Origin: the human T2T-CHM13v2.0 reference genome, Homo sapiens
Direction: 5' to 3' (one strand)
Assembly: GCF_009914755.1 (NCBI RefSeq)
Contig: NC_060936.1
DNA: 64,000 nucleotides
This document shows positions 47,116 through 61,360 of the stretch, piece by piece. The notes under the pieces are model-generated. The model saw nothing but the letters and a program-made list of their open reading frames with translations, was not told where the DNA came from and did no database searches. The position numbers and the translations under genes were made by a program. How positions within the stretch are numbered: the first letter of the stretch is position 1; each line of letters starts with the position of its first letter.

Positions 47116-48975
47116 CTAACAACCTCCCTTCCCTTCCCGCCAGATTAGGTTCACCTATTAAATGCTAATAGCATTCTTTGCTTTCTGTCACACAGTTATG
47201 TAATTATACAGTGATTTTTCTGGTTATTTGATACCTATCTGTAAGCAGCACAAGGGCAGGGACCATGTTTGTTTTGTTCACTGCTCAATTCCTAGAACCT
47301 ATTACAGGCCCTGGCATATAATATGCCTTCAGAAAATTTGAATTCAATGAAAAGGCGAATGTATGAGTCCCATCTTGCATATAAGAAGACAAAAACTCTT
47401 TGCCCAAGTCAAATTACTCACAAGTGAGACAACAGAAACACGAATCTGTTCTCACTGGCTCCGCAGCCTATCCATTCTCCATTCCTGGTGGCCTCCTCTT
47501 CTGTCTCCTAGACTTCGGTCTCCTGGCAACAGCACTGGTGCTAGGGGAGGCTGAGAGGGAGAAGCAGGAATAGAGACAAGGACACACTGATGTGACCTGG
47601 TCCCTTCTAACATGTCCTTCCTCTGTTCGCCAGTGCTTAGTATACGCTTCATGAGTATGCACTCGGATCTACTTGGAAGAAGACTGCCTATTTGCAGAAG
47701 GTCTTAACATACGGCTCCATGGCCTTTTCCCATTTGGGGAATGAGGTATTGAAGCTTTCAGAACTATGACTTCTCACCTGTCATCTACTTTCATGCATAC
47801 CATGGATTCCAGCGCATGAACACTCATGCTGGAGATATGTGGTATGTGTATTTCTCCAGTGGACTCAATTCAGAATCACTTCTCATTCCTAAGGCAGCAA
47901 TTCCATCTCTGTCCCAGATACTTGGGCTACGTAACCTGTGGCCAGCCTTTGATCCGCCCATGTGAAGCTGCAGGTCCATTTCCAAAGCCCAGGTGTCCTT
48001 TGCCTCCATTTCCTCTCTCTTGCCTGGAGCTACATTCCTCAACATGCACACTCCATCTGCTGCATCTGCTTACCTCCATCTCTCTTCCATGGCCACAGCT
48101 CCTTCTTATTTAATTTTTTTTCAAAAATCCATAAAGCATAATATCTCTCATTTAAGATAAACAGAATAAACACATTTTTTTTGTCCAAACAAAAATTAGC
48201 TTAGCTGCCTTTCTTCACCTTACAATGTCATCAAAGCAAATTCTCAAAGACTGAGTGGCTCAAAGTACTTCGTAATGATTCTTTTCCTGATTTGTTCTGT
48301 TCATCATAACTCAGAGAAAATGCATTCCCAATAGTGTTTCCTCAACCTCCATTTACCATTTATTTAGAAAAAGCTCAACATTCTCTAAACCAGCTTGCAG
48401 TGCAGAGACTGTAGAAAGAGCTGGAAAGTTTGCCCGTGTGGAGAAAATCATTCCTTCTGCTCAAACTGCTATGGCATTCTCCAGTTTTCTAACAGAGCAG
48501 GATTAAAGAGGGTCTCTCCCAGGATTACACACTGCACCGCAATGTGGGCTCTCCTCAGCGCCTGGTCATCCTATGCCCTCTGCAGGAGGACTCCGATTTG
48601 GCTCTACTGTATCGAGAGCTACCTGAAGTTATGCTCTTTCAATCTTTACAAAATCAGAACCTGATCTTGCGACACTGTTAATATTAGCTGTCATTAGCCC
48701 CAAAATTCCCATCTGTTTAAAGTTTAGGATTTGTTTTCATGCCACTAACTATCACTAAAAAAAAGTCTCTCTCTACTAAGAAACTCTGGTGCTTGGGAGA
48801 CTGTCAAATTTGGGGGGGAAGTTCTGATAGGAATATTAATATTCTGATTTTAATTTACTTTAAGAAAAATTATTGGTATACATAATTAGTTACCTTCTTG
48901 TTTTTCTTTTGTTCTAGATCTTCATCCCAAGTCTGTATGTTTATTTGATCCCCCGTATTGAAAAGAAAACATTTG

Positions 48976-49139
48976 GAGCAGGCTAGATGAAAGCATAGAA
49001 AGAGCTGTGAGGAAAATAAACCAGATTGTAGGCCTAATTTTCTGCTACTTATTGTAGCTACTTACTGCAGCAGAAAATTAGGCCTACAACCTGGTTTATT
49101 TTCCCCACAGCTCTTTCTATGTTTTCAGCTAGCCTGCTC
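48976..49139. repeat. Long inverted repeat: 71-bp arms, 22-nt spacer
   Basis: 48976-49046 versus the reverse complement of 49069-49139: 67/71 identical. Confidence 0.95.
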
Positions 49140-49833
49140 ATGACATGATTTTTCAAGGCCACACAATAAGTAGCAGAAAATTAGCATGATCTGTAAAATA
49201 AAGAGGCTGGCCATGATGATACCTAAAATTTCTTCCAGTTCTGAATAGTATCACTTCATGCTTACTCCTAGGTCACCCCTCCCGGTTAGTATTTACTGCC
49301 TTTTTTTTTTTTTTTAATGTGTATTTTCTTTTTCTTTTTTTCTGAAACAGGCCCAGAAGATACACTGCTTTTTTTTTTTTTTTTTTTGAAGGAGTCTTAC
49401 ACGTCAGTGGTATTTCCTACCATGTCTTTTGTGGTTTTTGATGGTCACATGGATGGCTCTGTTGTATTTGCTTTATTCTCCTACACAGAGATCAATGCTT
49501 TTACATAGAGATCGCTCATGAAAGACAATGACATAGTTATTATGGTTCTATTTTTAAATTTCAGAAAAGGAGTTTTTTCACTGTCCCCTTCCCAAATTAT
49601 TTATAACTTATATAAACAGTGTTTTCACTCTGTAGATTTTTTTTTTCAAATTCAGCATTAGTCTCTTAACAGGGATAATAGTTAATGCTATTCATCATCT
49701 AACAATGAAAACATTTATTGAGTACTTACTGTGTGTTGGAAATTCTGCTAGTTGCTATGATTACAAAGACAGACAAACCCTTGACCTTGTCAACTAAGGC
49801 TAAGGGGACATGTTCCTGTAGAAGTTGATGTGC

Positions 49834-50150
<317 letters not shown>

Positions 50151-51015
50151 AAGTTAATGAGCAGCTCCCTCCTTTTTATGCCTTCTCTATCCCAAAACAC
50201 TGAATCTATATTCACTGATATGAACAAATAACCTAAGGCAAAGAACATGACCTTTGTACATAAAATGTGTCTTCTGTTATGTACATGTGGCAAATGAACT
50301 TAATTCTTAACACGATTATCTCAGCTTCATGTAAGCTGCATGTGCAGAGGTGGGCAGGGATTGGGCCACACAATTCCAGGATGCTTTCTAACTCTAACAC
50401 ATCTGTGGTTTGGGATTATAGTCCAATTATATAGTGCTTTTAATAGTTGTTAAGAGGTAGAATTTTATTTCTTTATAAGGACCAGTAGGAATGAAGCAAA
50501 ATCTACTAAAGCTTCATCAAAGGAAAATGTATTTACATGCCCAGCCATGTCTGTTTTAGATCCATAGTGGGAGACTGACTACTAACTGTTTGAGGCCACA
50601 AAATCAGTGGAAAGAAAACTCACTTCATTAAAATGGGCACATGCATTCAAAAATGAATCTCATATCTGGCTGTGAAGATCATCATTATCTTTCAAAAACC
50701 ATGGTGAAATAAAGTTGAATGAATTCACCACAGACCTGAACTATAAGAAATGTTAAAGAAATTTCTTCAGGCAGGAAGAAAATGATATCACTTAGAAATA
50801 TGTATCTACACAAAGGAATAAAGAGCTCCAGAAATGATAACCACAAAGATGCATATTTCATTTGCAGATTTCATTAGCAGGTCTGAGGCAGCAAATGAAG
50901 AAATGAAGAAGAGAGATCTGGTAGAAACAGATGGATTGATCCATTCAGAGAAGGAACAGCTGCCAACTCTACACTCAGGGAAGAGAACCAGAAAGATAAA
51001 ATTTATTGCAAGATT

Positions 51016-51566
51016 TATTAGTAAGGGTTCTCCAGAGAAACAGAACCAATACGATGGATGGATAGATAGATGATAGATAGATGATAGATAGATAGATAGA
51101 TAGACAGATAGATACATAGATAGATACATAGACAGAGATAAATATTTGTATCTCTATCTCCAGAAAGTGACCTATTACAAGGAATTGCTGAGACCTCCCC
51201 ACAATCTGCTGTCTGCAAGGTGGAGATCCAGAAAAGCTGGCAGTATATAGTCCAATGTACCTCTGGAGGTCTGAGAATCAGAAGTACTGTTGGTTTAAGT
51301 CCCAGTTTGAAGACAGGAGAAAACCAATGTCTCAGCTTAAGTGGTCAAGCAGATAGCACGAATTCTCCCTTTCTCTGTCTTTTTGTTCTATTCAGGCCCT
51401 CAACAGATTGGATAATGCCTGCCCACAGAGGGAGGACAAACTACTCTACTCAGCCCATCCAAATGCTAACCTTACCTAGACACACCCTACAGACATTCCC
51501 AGAAATCACATGTAGCCTATATTTGGGTACCCGTAATCCAGTAAACTGGCACATAAAATTAACCAC
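51016..51566 (-). mobile_element. MLT2-like ERVL LTR containing (GATA)n at ~51055-51140
   Basis: tattagtaagggttctccagagaaacagaaccaata...acataaaattaaccaca. Confidence 0.8.
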
Positions 51567-51787
51567 AGAGAAGGAGGACAAAGAAGGGAGGAGAAGAGAA
51601 ATCATTTAAAAATTCTAATAGGCTAATGTCAATCAGTCATCAAGCAAAGACCAAACGAAGTTCAGTATACCATTTGAGAAGGCACAGGGAGGGAGCTGAG
51701 ATATGTGTTTAAAAGATTGTTGTCTAAATGGAGTAAAATGAAATTTTACTATCAGCCTAGTAAAAAATTTAAATTGGATTTTCTACT

Positions 51788-51789
<2 letters not shown>

Positions 51790-51837
<48 letters not shown>
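51790..51837. repeat. (ATT)n microsatellite
   Basis: About 16 perfect units. Confidence 0.95.
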
Positions 51838-52506
51838 TCAGAGATACTGTCCTGATCTTCCAAACCAGGTGGGTCCTGGAAAGCAGGAACTTTGCCTTCT
51901 ACCTTTGGACTTCCTCTTCCCATGCTCACTCAGCACATTCCCCAAGGCTGGTACTCATAGAACAAGTGCATTTTTACCGAATCTTTCGTAAATTATAAAT
52001 TTTCAATTTAAAATGACTCCTCCTAGCAAGCACAGTCACACTTTTTGAAAAGTTGAGCTGAAGAAATCCTAGTACTTGTCTATGCTTAAGTACTACTGAG
52101 TTTTAAATGTGAACTTGATTTTGCTTCAGAAGTCACATATTTATGCAGGTTTCTTTATAGCAAATATCCTTCAGTATTTTAGTCATTTAAAACATATCTC
52201 ATTAGATATAGAAAACATCTTATAATAACCACATTAATAATCTTTATCCCCACCTCAAAATGATGGCTCTAAACTCAAAACAGTGTGCAAGTCAAGGTGC
52301 TATGAGGCCAGGAAACAAGCACATGGTTCTACCATCAGAATCCCATTTCAGCTGTTCCTGCCTGAGAGTAACTGCTGACCAGTTCACTAAAAGTTCCTCC
52401 ACATTCTTCCAAAGAGCCTGAATTATACATTCCTATTGGGAGTTAATGGAAGCCCAAACAAGCAAAAACTAATTTTGGCTGTACTTTTGTGAAATTGATT
52501 CAAGTT

Positions 52507-53515
52507 AGGGCCAACTTCATGGGTATGTAACCTGCATGGTTGTACAGGGCATAGAACTCAGAAAGGCCCTGTGCTTAGTTCACTGCTCTGCTCTCAGCAT
52601 CATGAAATGCTTAACAATTTTATTTTTGAACTTGTGTTTTGTAAGTGAATCCTGATAGGACAATGGAGCATGTGTGAGCAGAAGAGATGCATGCAACATG
52701 CCTACGTACTATGCTTTCCCTCCTCACCTGCATACAGAATTCATAGTGTCCCAGAGCACAGAATTCCAGGGGGCCCACAGTGCAAGACTCAAAGTTCATA
52801 AAGGAGGCGTGTTATATCTATAGCTGAGCAAGAGAGAACACTGAGAGGCCACTCTTTCCTTTTGAACCACAACTTGCTTCTAACACAGATAAAAATAATG
52901 GCATTCTCAGAAATTATATCACATCCTTTCTTCTTCAGCCAGCACTTAGGCTGAAAATTTTGACAAGAAAGGAAAGCAAAAGATAGGGCAACCCAGAGTC
53001 CCTTTACGTTTCAGTCCTTCCTTACTCATCAGCACACCAAAGGCAGACAGTGTTGGTTGAATATGCACGAATCAAGAAGTGACATAAAAACAAAGTAGTT
53101 TTGTCCAGCATTTTCACTATTTTGGTAAGAATCAAATATACATGCATGTGTGAGCTACAAAATTCAAATTGTGTAATTTTGGTAATACAAAAGCACAAGG
53201 TATATTTGTACATAATGGAAGTTACATTTGCTCTTATATTTGTGCTTAAAGGACACATCATAAAGATAAATGGTAACATTTATGCTAATCATGAAAATTT
53301 TCCATTTTTCTTTGGCATTTAATGGCATTTAATGCCAATTTTCCATTTGGCATTAAATGGCAAATTTTAAAACCCCATAACTAGTCAGGAGAGAGACTAT
53401 GGAAGAAAAGAAAAGGTATTTTAGTACCTTTAGTGGCATTTTTTCCTGTTTGTTGAACAAAGGGCATCACATTTTTCATTTAGTGCTGGGTCCTGCAAAT
53501 TTTGTAGCCACCTTG
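52507..53515 (+). mobile_element. MER45B-like hAT-Tip100 DNA transposon
   Basis: Begins agggccaacttcatggg; ends ctgggtcctgcaaattttgtagccaccttg; ~1 kb. Confidence 0.75.
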
Positions 53516-53773
53516 TAGGTGAGAAAAGCAGAAAATGATGAGAAAATTAAACTTGAAGCAATGACAGAAAAACATTAAACGACTATTTCTGCAGGGAGTC
53601 AGCAAAAAGTGTTCTAACTATTCATTCTGAAAGAATAATATACTATAACTTTCTCAATTACCTCTATCATTTAAACAAAGCACATTAATTTACTTCCCAT
53701 TCACTTGGCCCTGGGGGTAGGGAGAGTCCCTGGTTATTTCAAGAATCCAATGTCTGCAGTAACAACGAGTCTT

Positions 53774-53789
53774 ACACTAGGGGGCAGCA
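53774..53789 (+). promoter_or_regulatory. Candidate CTCF site
   Basis: ACACTAGGGGGCAGCA versus the CTCF core CCASYAGRKGGCRSYA; motif match only. Confidence 0.5.
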
Positions 53790-54652
53790 GCTACCGTCCA
53801 GCCACCTTCCAGGGCTCCAAAGCTGCGCCTTAGGTGAATCCTTACTTGAAGAGATCCTGAAAAAATGAAGGAAAACACATTACTAAAGAAGTTTTCTTTT
53901 TATCTTTATATTAATTTGCTTTGCTGCAGTGTTTCTGAAAGAGAATGGGCCGCTCGTTCTGAAGATTTAAGGTGTTTCTTTGCCAATAAAGAAATAGCAA
54001 TTGAACATATTTTATCTGCTCACACTCCATGGCTCATTTCTGAAGTGACAAAGTAACATGGTCTGAAAGATCTTTTTAAACTTAGTTTCTCTGTACAGCC
54101 TAGTAGTAATTGGTAATTTTTATCTACTATGGATTTGATCAAAAGGAACAACTCATTGCACTGAGAACACTAAGCTATCGAGTGATACCAAGTGTTAATT
54201 TTGTAATTCATGAAGAGTACAGATTTTAGAGGGAAACTGCTGAGTCAAGGGATTACTCAGTCTTTACAAATCCACACTCACTCAGCTTGGCTTGAATTAT
54301 TAAAGAATCAGGTTGTCCTAACTATGAACAAGAATCCAGAAGTCCAGACTTTATTTAAAAAAAAAAAAACCAGAATGTGTGAAGATGGGTATATTTGCAA
54401 AGATGTGGAGAGTTATTCAGTTTGTGCTAAAATAAGAATAGCATTGTCCTACAACTGAGTTGGCTCAAATATAGTTTGCAATATAGCATTCATTTGTTCC
54501 AACACAATTTTCCAAATACAAATTTAATGAAAATGTAGATTGAAAGTCCCATTAAATAACATGCTAAGAAACCACTATTGTGAATTCCAAATTCTCTGGC
54601 AATATTTCATAAAGAAGTTCTTTTTATCCCAGCTTACTATAAACCTTCAGGG

Positions 54653-56690
54653 TGGTGGTTCTCAATTGAGACAGTTCCATCTACTAGATAGTATTTGAAA
54701 TTTTGCAGGGGTGTTTTTGGTGGTCTCAGTGATTACAGGAACTACTTCCTTTTAAGATGGTGGAAAAACGGTAGCAAGAAAACAAACAAAGAAGTTTACC
54801 AATGGGCCAAGAACCTGAACAGACATTTCTCAAAAGATGACACACAAATGGCCAATAAGTTCATGAAAAAAATGCTCAACAGCACTCATCATTAGGAAAA
54901 TGCAAATTAAAGCCACAATGAGATACTACATCACATACAAAAGATAACACATGTTAGCAAGGATGTGGAGAAAAGGGAACCCTTTACACTGTTAGTGAGA
55001 ATGTAAATTAGTACAGCCATTATGGAAAATGGTATGGGGGTCCTCATAAAACTAAAAATAGAACTACCATATGATCAAGCAATCCCACCTCTGGGTATGT
55101 ATTCAAAAGTGTTGAAATCAACATGCAAAAGAGATATCTGCATTCCCATGTTCACTGCAGCATTATTCACAAGAATGTGAATGCCAAAGTACGGAAGCAA
55201 CCTAAGCGTTCATCGACAGATGAGTGGATAAAGAAACGTGGTACATAGACACAGGGAAATACTATTCAGCCTTAAAAAAGAAGGAAATTCTGCCATTTGT
55301 GACAACATGAATGAACATGGAGGACATTATACTAAGTGAGATAAGCCAGGCACAGAAAGGCAAATACCACATGATCTCACTGACATGTAGAATCTAAAAA
55401 AGTCGAACTCATACAAGTAAAGTGGGGGCTACCAAAGGCTAAGGGAGAAGGAGTGGGAGGGTATGGGGAGATGTTGGTCAAAGGGCACAAAGTTTCAGTT
55501 AGACAGAAGTAATAATCTTTCGAGATCTATTGCATATCAGGGTGATATGGTTAATAATAACGTATATTTCAAAGTAGCTAAGAGAATAAATTTAGAATAT
55601 CTCCCAACAAAAAATGGTAAGTGAGGTAATTGATATGTTAATTAGCCTGTTTTAATCATTCCACATTGTATACCTATATCAAAACATCACATTGTACCCC
55701 ATAAATGTATAAAATTATCATTTGTCAATTAAAATAATGTTAATTTTTAAAAATATGCGGGAGAGAGCCAGGGATGTTAAACATATTACAGAGCATAGGT
55801 CAACCCTTGACAATGAAAAATTATTGTCCTATCTCTCACAATGTTTAATGCCCTATCTGTTTTACATATAAGCATAAATTGTTTTTAGCATGGTTTTTTT
55901 TCCTCTCTTTTTGTTTTTAGAGACAAGATCTCATGCCCAGGCTGGAGTGCAGTGGCAAGATCATGGCTCACTGCAGCCTTGATCTCCTGGGCTTAAGCAA
56001 TCTCCCACCTCAGCCTCCCAAAGTGCTGGAATTACAGATGCAGGCCACCATTCACAGCCCTAGCATCATTTTAATAAAATTGAGTGTTCCAAGAATACAA
56101 CTACCAGTTGAGTTGAGGAGAGATTATGCTTTATTTAACTCAGAACTTTACCCAGGTTTGTTAACCATCTTTGAAGTTCATTTCACAGGAGCATCTTAAC
56201 TTCTGGAACTGAGTCACCAATAGAATAAACTGATAACAATCTGTGTTTGTAGCTCTTGATTCAAGGTGGTTCTAAGTATACATTTAAATATACTTTTTAT
56301 TCTTTATTCAAAATGTCAAATATGAAAAGAAGAGTCAACTTGAAGGTAATATATTGGCATCAATATATTAACAGTATAAGCACCTGACTACTTCATTACA
56401 TTTTGTAGCATAGCTACCATCTGTGCCTTTCCATACTTAAATATATATATATTTATATATTATTATATATAATTATATATATAATTTCTTTTATTTCTCC
56501 TTTATATCAAAGTTAAGGCATTACATTATTTTAATAATATTATTGATATATGATAGTTATATTTTTTAAAATTAATGTGCATTACAGACTATATTTTCTA
56601 TAAATTTCATTTTAAGCTAGTAAAGGAGCATAAGAAAATATTTGTTATAAAAGGGGACCTTTAGGTCTCATAAGCTTGAGAACCAAGATT
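54653..56690 (+). mobile_element. MER20B-like hAT-Charlie element split by an L1MA and an Alu monomer (55893-56060)
   Basis: Termini gtggttctcaa ... ttgagaacca; internal text follows the recalled MER20B consensus. Confidence 0.65.
54770..55752 (+). mobile_element. L1MA-like 3' fragment
   Basis: aatgggccaagaacctgaacagacatttctcaaaaga...catcacattgtaccccataaat. Confidence 0.85.
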
Positions 56691-59081
56691 CTAAGGGTCT
56701 CTCTTTCATTTGTGAATTCCTCACTATTCCTCCCTCTTTCCTATCCATCCTACCACTTAAAAGAAGGAAATGGTCAGTAATAAGAAATTATTAGTAGCTA
56801 GGCCCATGAAGTAAGTTTTATTCTGATTAATAATGTTCTTTAAAAGACAGTTGTAAGCTGAGCATTCCTATGTGATGTGGATATAAATATAGGATTGTCA
56901 AAAGTTCATATTAACTCATTCATTATTTCATTTGTTAAGTATTACTATGTACCTGTGAGGTGTAAGGCATTTTGCTATTAAATTGATCGTGTCTGAAAAG
57001 CACCAAAATCATTGCTACACTGAAGAAAATCTCTCTCTGGGGGAACAAATGGATATTACATTAGGCAACAAAACAATTGACTGAGTGAAATGTTCAACTA
57101 GATATTTTGGAAGCATCTAATTTGTAACTCGTATTGGTCCCGAAAGCCAATCAGAGTAGATATGACAGGGAAAAAATGCTAAAACTTTACAAAACAATTT
57201 TCATATTGGGGGAAAATACAATAAAGGAAATGGTGAGACTCTTTCTGACCCAAATATATATTTTTTAGAATCAAGATTACATCACTGTTAAATTAGTATA
57301 GCTGTAAAAGGTCTCTTGCATAACTGTTTGCAATGAAATTCTTCATAGTAAATTTAGTAACAGAAAGAAACGGTCTTCTGCCATTATGAGAAACAAATTA
57401 ATGTTATTTCCCCTGTCCCCAGCTTTTGAAATAACAGTAGGCAAAATAGCCTAGTGAAGGGTGGCTGTATGACTAGGAGCATGTTGCTTAACCTCTGAGC
57501 ACATAGGTTTCTTTATATGATAACATTTACCTCATAAATTAAATGAATTAGCAGTTGTTATATGCTTAAAACACTGCTCAGCATATTAGAAACACAAAGC
57601 AAATAATAGCCATGATCATATCTCTTTTCCATATCAGAAGCGTGAAAACTGTTCATGGAAACAATTGCCTAATGTTGGAACGGCGGGCTTGACTTGACCA
57701 GACAGTCATATGCTTTGCTCAGTGCTTTTGTGCTCCAAATGCATGAGATACTAACCGGTCCTAGTGCAATTAAGAGTGTTTGACAGCCGGGCAATCCTAG
57801 CATGTTCCTAACTAAGCGATAATTGAAGATCTGTGTAGATTTTAGGTACAGGTTGTTACCCAGCAACAGATTGAAGTTCCGGAAGAAATTCTGAATTATC
57901 TCATTAATAAAGCAACTTCCTGATAGACAGCTATTGACTCTGACCACAGCGAACCCAAGAACTCATGATCCTCTAACCCAGAAAAAAAATATGCAGGTGA
58001 GCACTGATGAGGTGGCAAGATGCCAAAAAAACTGGTTTTACAACCTATCGGGTAAGTGAGCAAGTGGTGGCTAAAGGTTGGTCACATTATCTGGAAAGAG
58101 CAGGAAGATCAGGTCGACTGTGTTTTGCAGAGGTTATTAGCATAGCATGGGAATGCAGCTCTGCAGCCAAAGAAAGAACCCTGATGCCACTGGGGCATGC
58201 TGACCCATGATGCCAAATGGAAACTGCACCTGTCTGCCTTCCTTCTAGTCTCTCCATAGTGTATTGCATGACCACTGAACTCCCCCAAAAAGACATGCAG
58301 GAGGTCTTAGATTATGTCATTTAATGCTTGTAACTGTCCTACAGAGATGCTACTCTCGTTAAAATCATCCTCTTTACAGATGACGAAACATAAATTTTGA
58401 GAAGTAAGTTGCTTAATGTCACAAAGCTGATGAGTGAGACTCATGAGCGAAGCTGTCTCATTTCTGATTTCATGCTGTCGATGAGATTGCCCTCTAGGAA
58501 CCAATTACAACTAATGTTTGTTTAGGACTTTAACATTCAACGAGCTCAGAACCCCAGCATGCTGTAAGGTGGACCTTATCTTATCACCATCCCCATTCTA
58601 TAGATAAGGAAACAGACAAAAAGATGTATAAGTGGTTTTCCCATGTTTATGCAATTAGGTGGTAGAGCCAGGATTTGAACCCCTGGTCTTTTGAATCTAA
58701 GCAGAATTTACAAGAGGAACACTCAAGCAGAATGGGGTGAGTTATGCTGAGCACAAAGCTTAAGAGAGCAGAGTTCTGTGGTCAGGACCTTAGCTGTTTT
58801 TTGCCTTTGCTTTGTCTGCCCAGACAATTATCTGATGATAACTTGCAATTTGTACATTCTGGATACATTACCTTTCTCTAGATGACATGTAGGATTTGTA
58901 TAACCTAGATATGTCTTCTCTGTTGAAGATGAATATTGGAGATAGCACAATTGGATTTAAGCAATATCCTTAAATTAACATGTCAAGTGTACTTAGCTGC
59001 ACTTGGAAATCCGTCCAGGTTTAATAAGCAAATACTACTGGTCCAAAGAGGAGATCACAGGATGAGAATCTTCCATCCTTT

Positions 59082-59447
59082 ATGTTATAGACTGAATGTT
59101 TGTGCCCCCTACCCCCAAATTCATATATTGAAATCAAATCCCCAATGTGATGGTATTTGGACGTGGGTCCTTTGGGAGCTAATAAGGTCATAAGGGTAGA
59201 ACCCTCATGAATGGGATTCGTGCTCTGATAAGAAGCCCCAGAGAGCTAGTGAACCCTCTTATTGCCATATGAGGATACAGTGAGAAGTCAGCTGTCTGCA
59301 ACTGGAAGAGGGCCTTCACGAAGAACCCCAGCCAGCTGACACTCTCATTTTGGACTTCCAAACTCTGGAACTGTGAAAAATAAGTATTCGTTGTTTAAGC
59401 CATCCAGTTTATGGTATTTCGCTATAGCCGCCAGAGCTGAATAAAAT
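59082..59447 (+). mobile_element. MLT1A/B-like MaLR solo LTR
   Basis: tgttatagactgaatgtttgtgcccc...ttgtttaagccatccagtttatggtatttcgctatagc. Confidence 0.8.
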
Positions 59448-61360
59448 ATTCCCGGAGGACAGACATCTCTGCATTTTGGGGAGAATGTTATTTGCAGTTT
59501 TATTCCACTATTTTTATCTAATAGCCTGTTGCTTATTATGGATTTCAGCAGGTCTGATGATGAGAGGGTGGCTGAATGTCTAGGAAATTGTGCAGTGTAA
59601 GAAAGGAAATAACTCGTATAGATCTCTGCCAAAGTTTATTCCGCTGTTGGTCCTGAGACACTGGGTTGCCTAGTATCATAACACTGGCCAGGCATCACGA
59701 GGAAGCTATGAGCACTCGGTTGATGTCTGCAGTCACACGGAGGCCTCAGTTACTAAAGAAAGAGGAGTGTTACTGAGATCAGTTACTTCACACCCATTTT
59801 ACCACATCTCCTCACCCACAGGGTACTGAATGTATCTATCTAGGAGACTGTATTTTCAGTTATAAAACATGATAAAATGTTTCATCAATTCATCCCTTTG
59901 GGCTCACTTTTAAATTTTGTTTAAGTTTTTCTGTTAATTTACTATAAATGTTTAATAAATTAAGAGTATATTATTCTCATGAGCTAACACTTCCTCCAAA
60001 CTATTTTCAACCAATGAATTAAAGGATAATGGAATGCTTTTATCGGGTACATAATAAATGGTCAATGCCACCAAATGTTACCAATTTCCAATATTAGAGA
60101 CATAAAAAATGTAGAAAGGCTGTTCATTTTATGAGGGGATGGTTGAGTGAATTAATTTTAAAAATATTTACTGGATGCTAGACACGGTGGTAGGTACTGG
60201 GGGTACTTAAATTAATAATTAGCCAGGACCCAATGCCCACCCTACATCAATTTCAAGAACAGGAACAATAAATGTAAATACATCAGAAGTATTCAACTTG
60301 GGGACTTTCAGGAGAATACAAAAATAGAAATAAGGAGACATTCTTTTCATCCTATTCTGGTTCAATTACTTTGTTCTCTGTACAAGCTGGAGAGCACATA
60401 TTCTCCCATCATGAGAGAAAGGGTGGCGGTCATTCAACCCAAACCAATCACATGTGCTTTGGGCAGAAACTGTCAATATTAAGGCAAATCACATCCAGTT
60501 TATCACAGACTCAGTTAAAATAGAAGGAAAATATTCCCTGAAATATGGTCTCTGATGCTTGGTAACAGTGCTTTGGAGCTTGACAGATGTAGAGACAGCC
60601 AATCACCTTTACATCTGCCAAAATATCTATTCTCCAAAGCCAGAAAGATAAAACGCCTAAAACCACAATGTGAAGAGTTGAATATTGAAAATTCCATATG
60701 TTTTGCAGGTTGATGCTAAATCCTATGAGAAAAACCAGCACATCGGGGCTCTTGTAACCAACTTTCAGGAAAGGAATCCTAATCTCCGAGAGGCAGGTAT
60801 AAGAAAGATTACTGTTTATAAAGGAGTATGGCCATGCTGACCTTCAAAGTGGGCAGAGCCACAGCAAGCCACCTCATCAGGTCTGATAACCATGTCCTGG
60901 AAATGGGTGATTTGGAGATGGCTGGTAGGGCCAACTATATAAGAGTTGGCCTTATTGGTGAAGTAGCCAAACAAATGAGGATGCTTCAAAACTACCATTC
61001 GAGTGAACGGAGTTGGGCAGTGGGGGACAGGATTTAGGGCTGAGCACCTAATTTCTCAATCAGATAAAGGGCAAGGTGGTTCTCCTCCTCCCAGCTTGGG
61101 TAGGAAGTGCAATCAGTCCGATTTCACAACAGAGAAGGCAAATCCTCCTATGCTGATGTCTTCTCCTAAAATCTATTCCTTGCTCACTCTATCATAGGCA
61201 CACTGGCCTCCTGACTGTCCCTTGGTTGTGCTGTGCATGCTCCTAGCAAGGGCCTTTGCACTTGCTGTTCTCTGTGCCTGGCACACTCTTCCCCCTGATT
61301 TCCTCATGGCCCCCTTTCTCACCTCCTTCAAGACTTTCCTACTATCTCAGTGAGGCCTAG

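Noticed and set aside
51705-51998. Poly-Tyr ORF and the YLSI-repeat ORFs at 50.8-51.2 kb
   Set aside because: Translation of (ATT)n and (GATA)n microsatellites.
57789-57808. p53-like element GGGCAATCC-TAGCATGTTC
   Set aside because: The first half-site lacks CWWG and the spacing is off by one.
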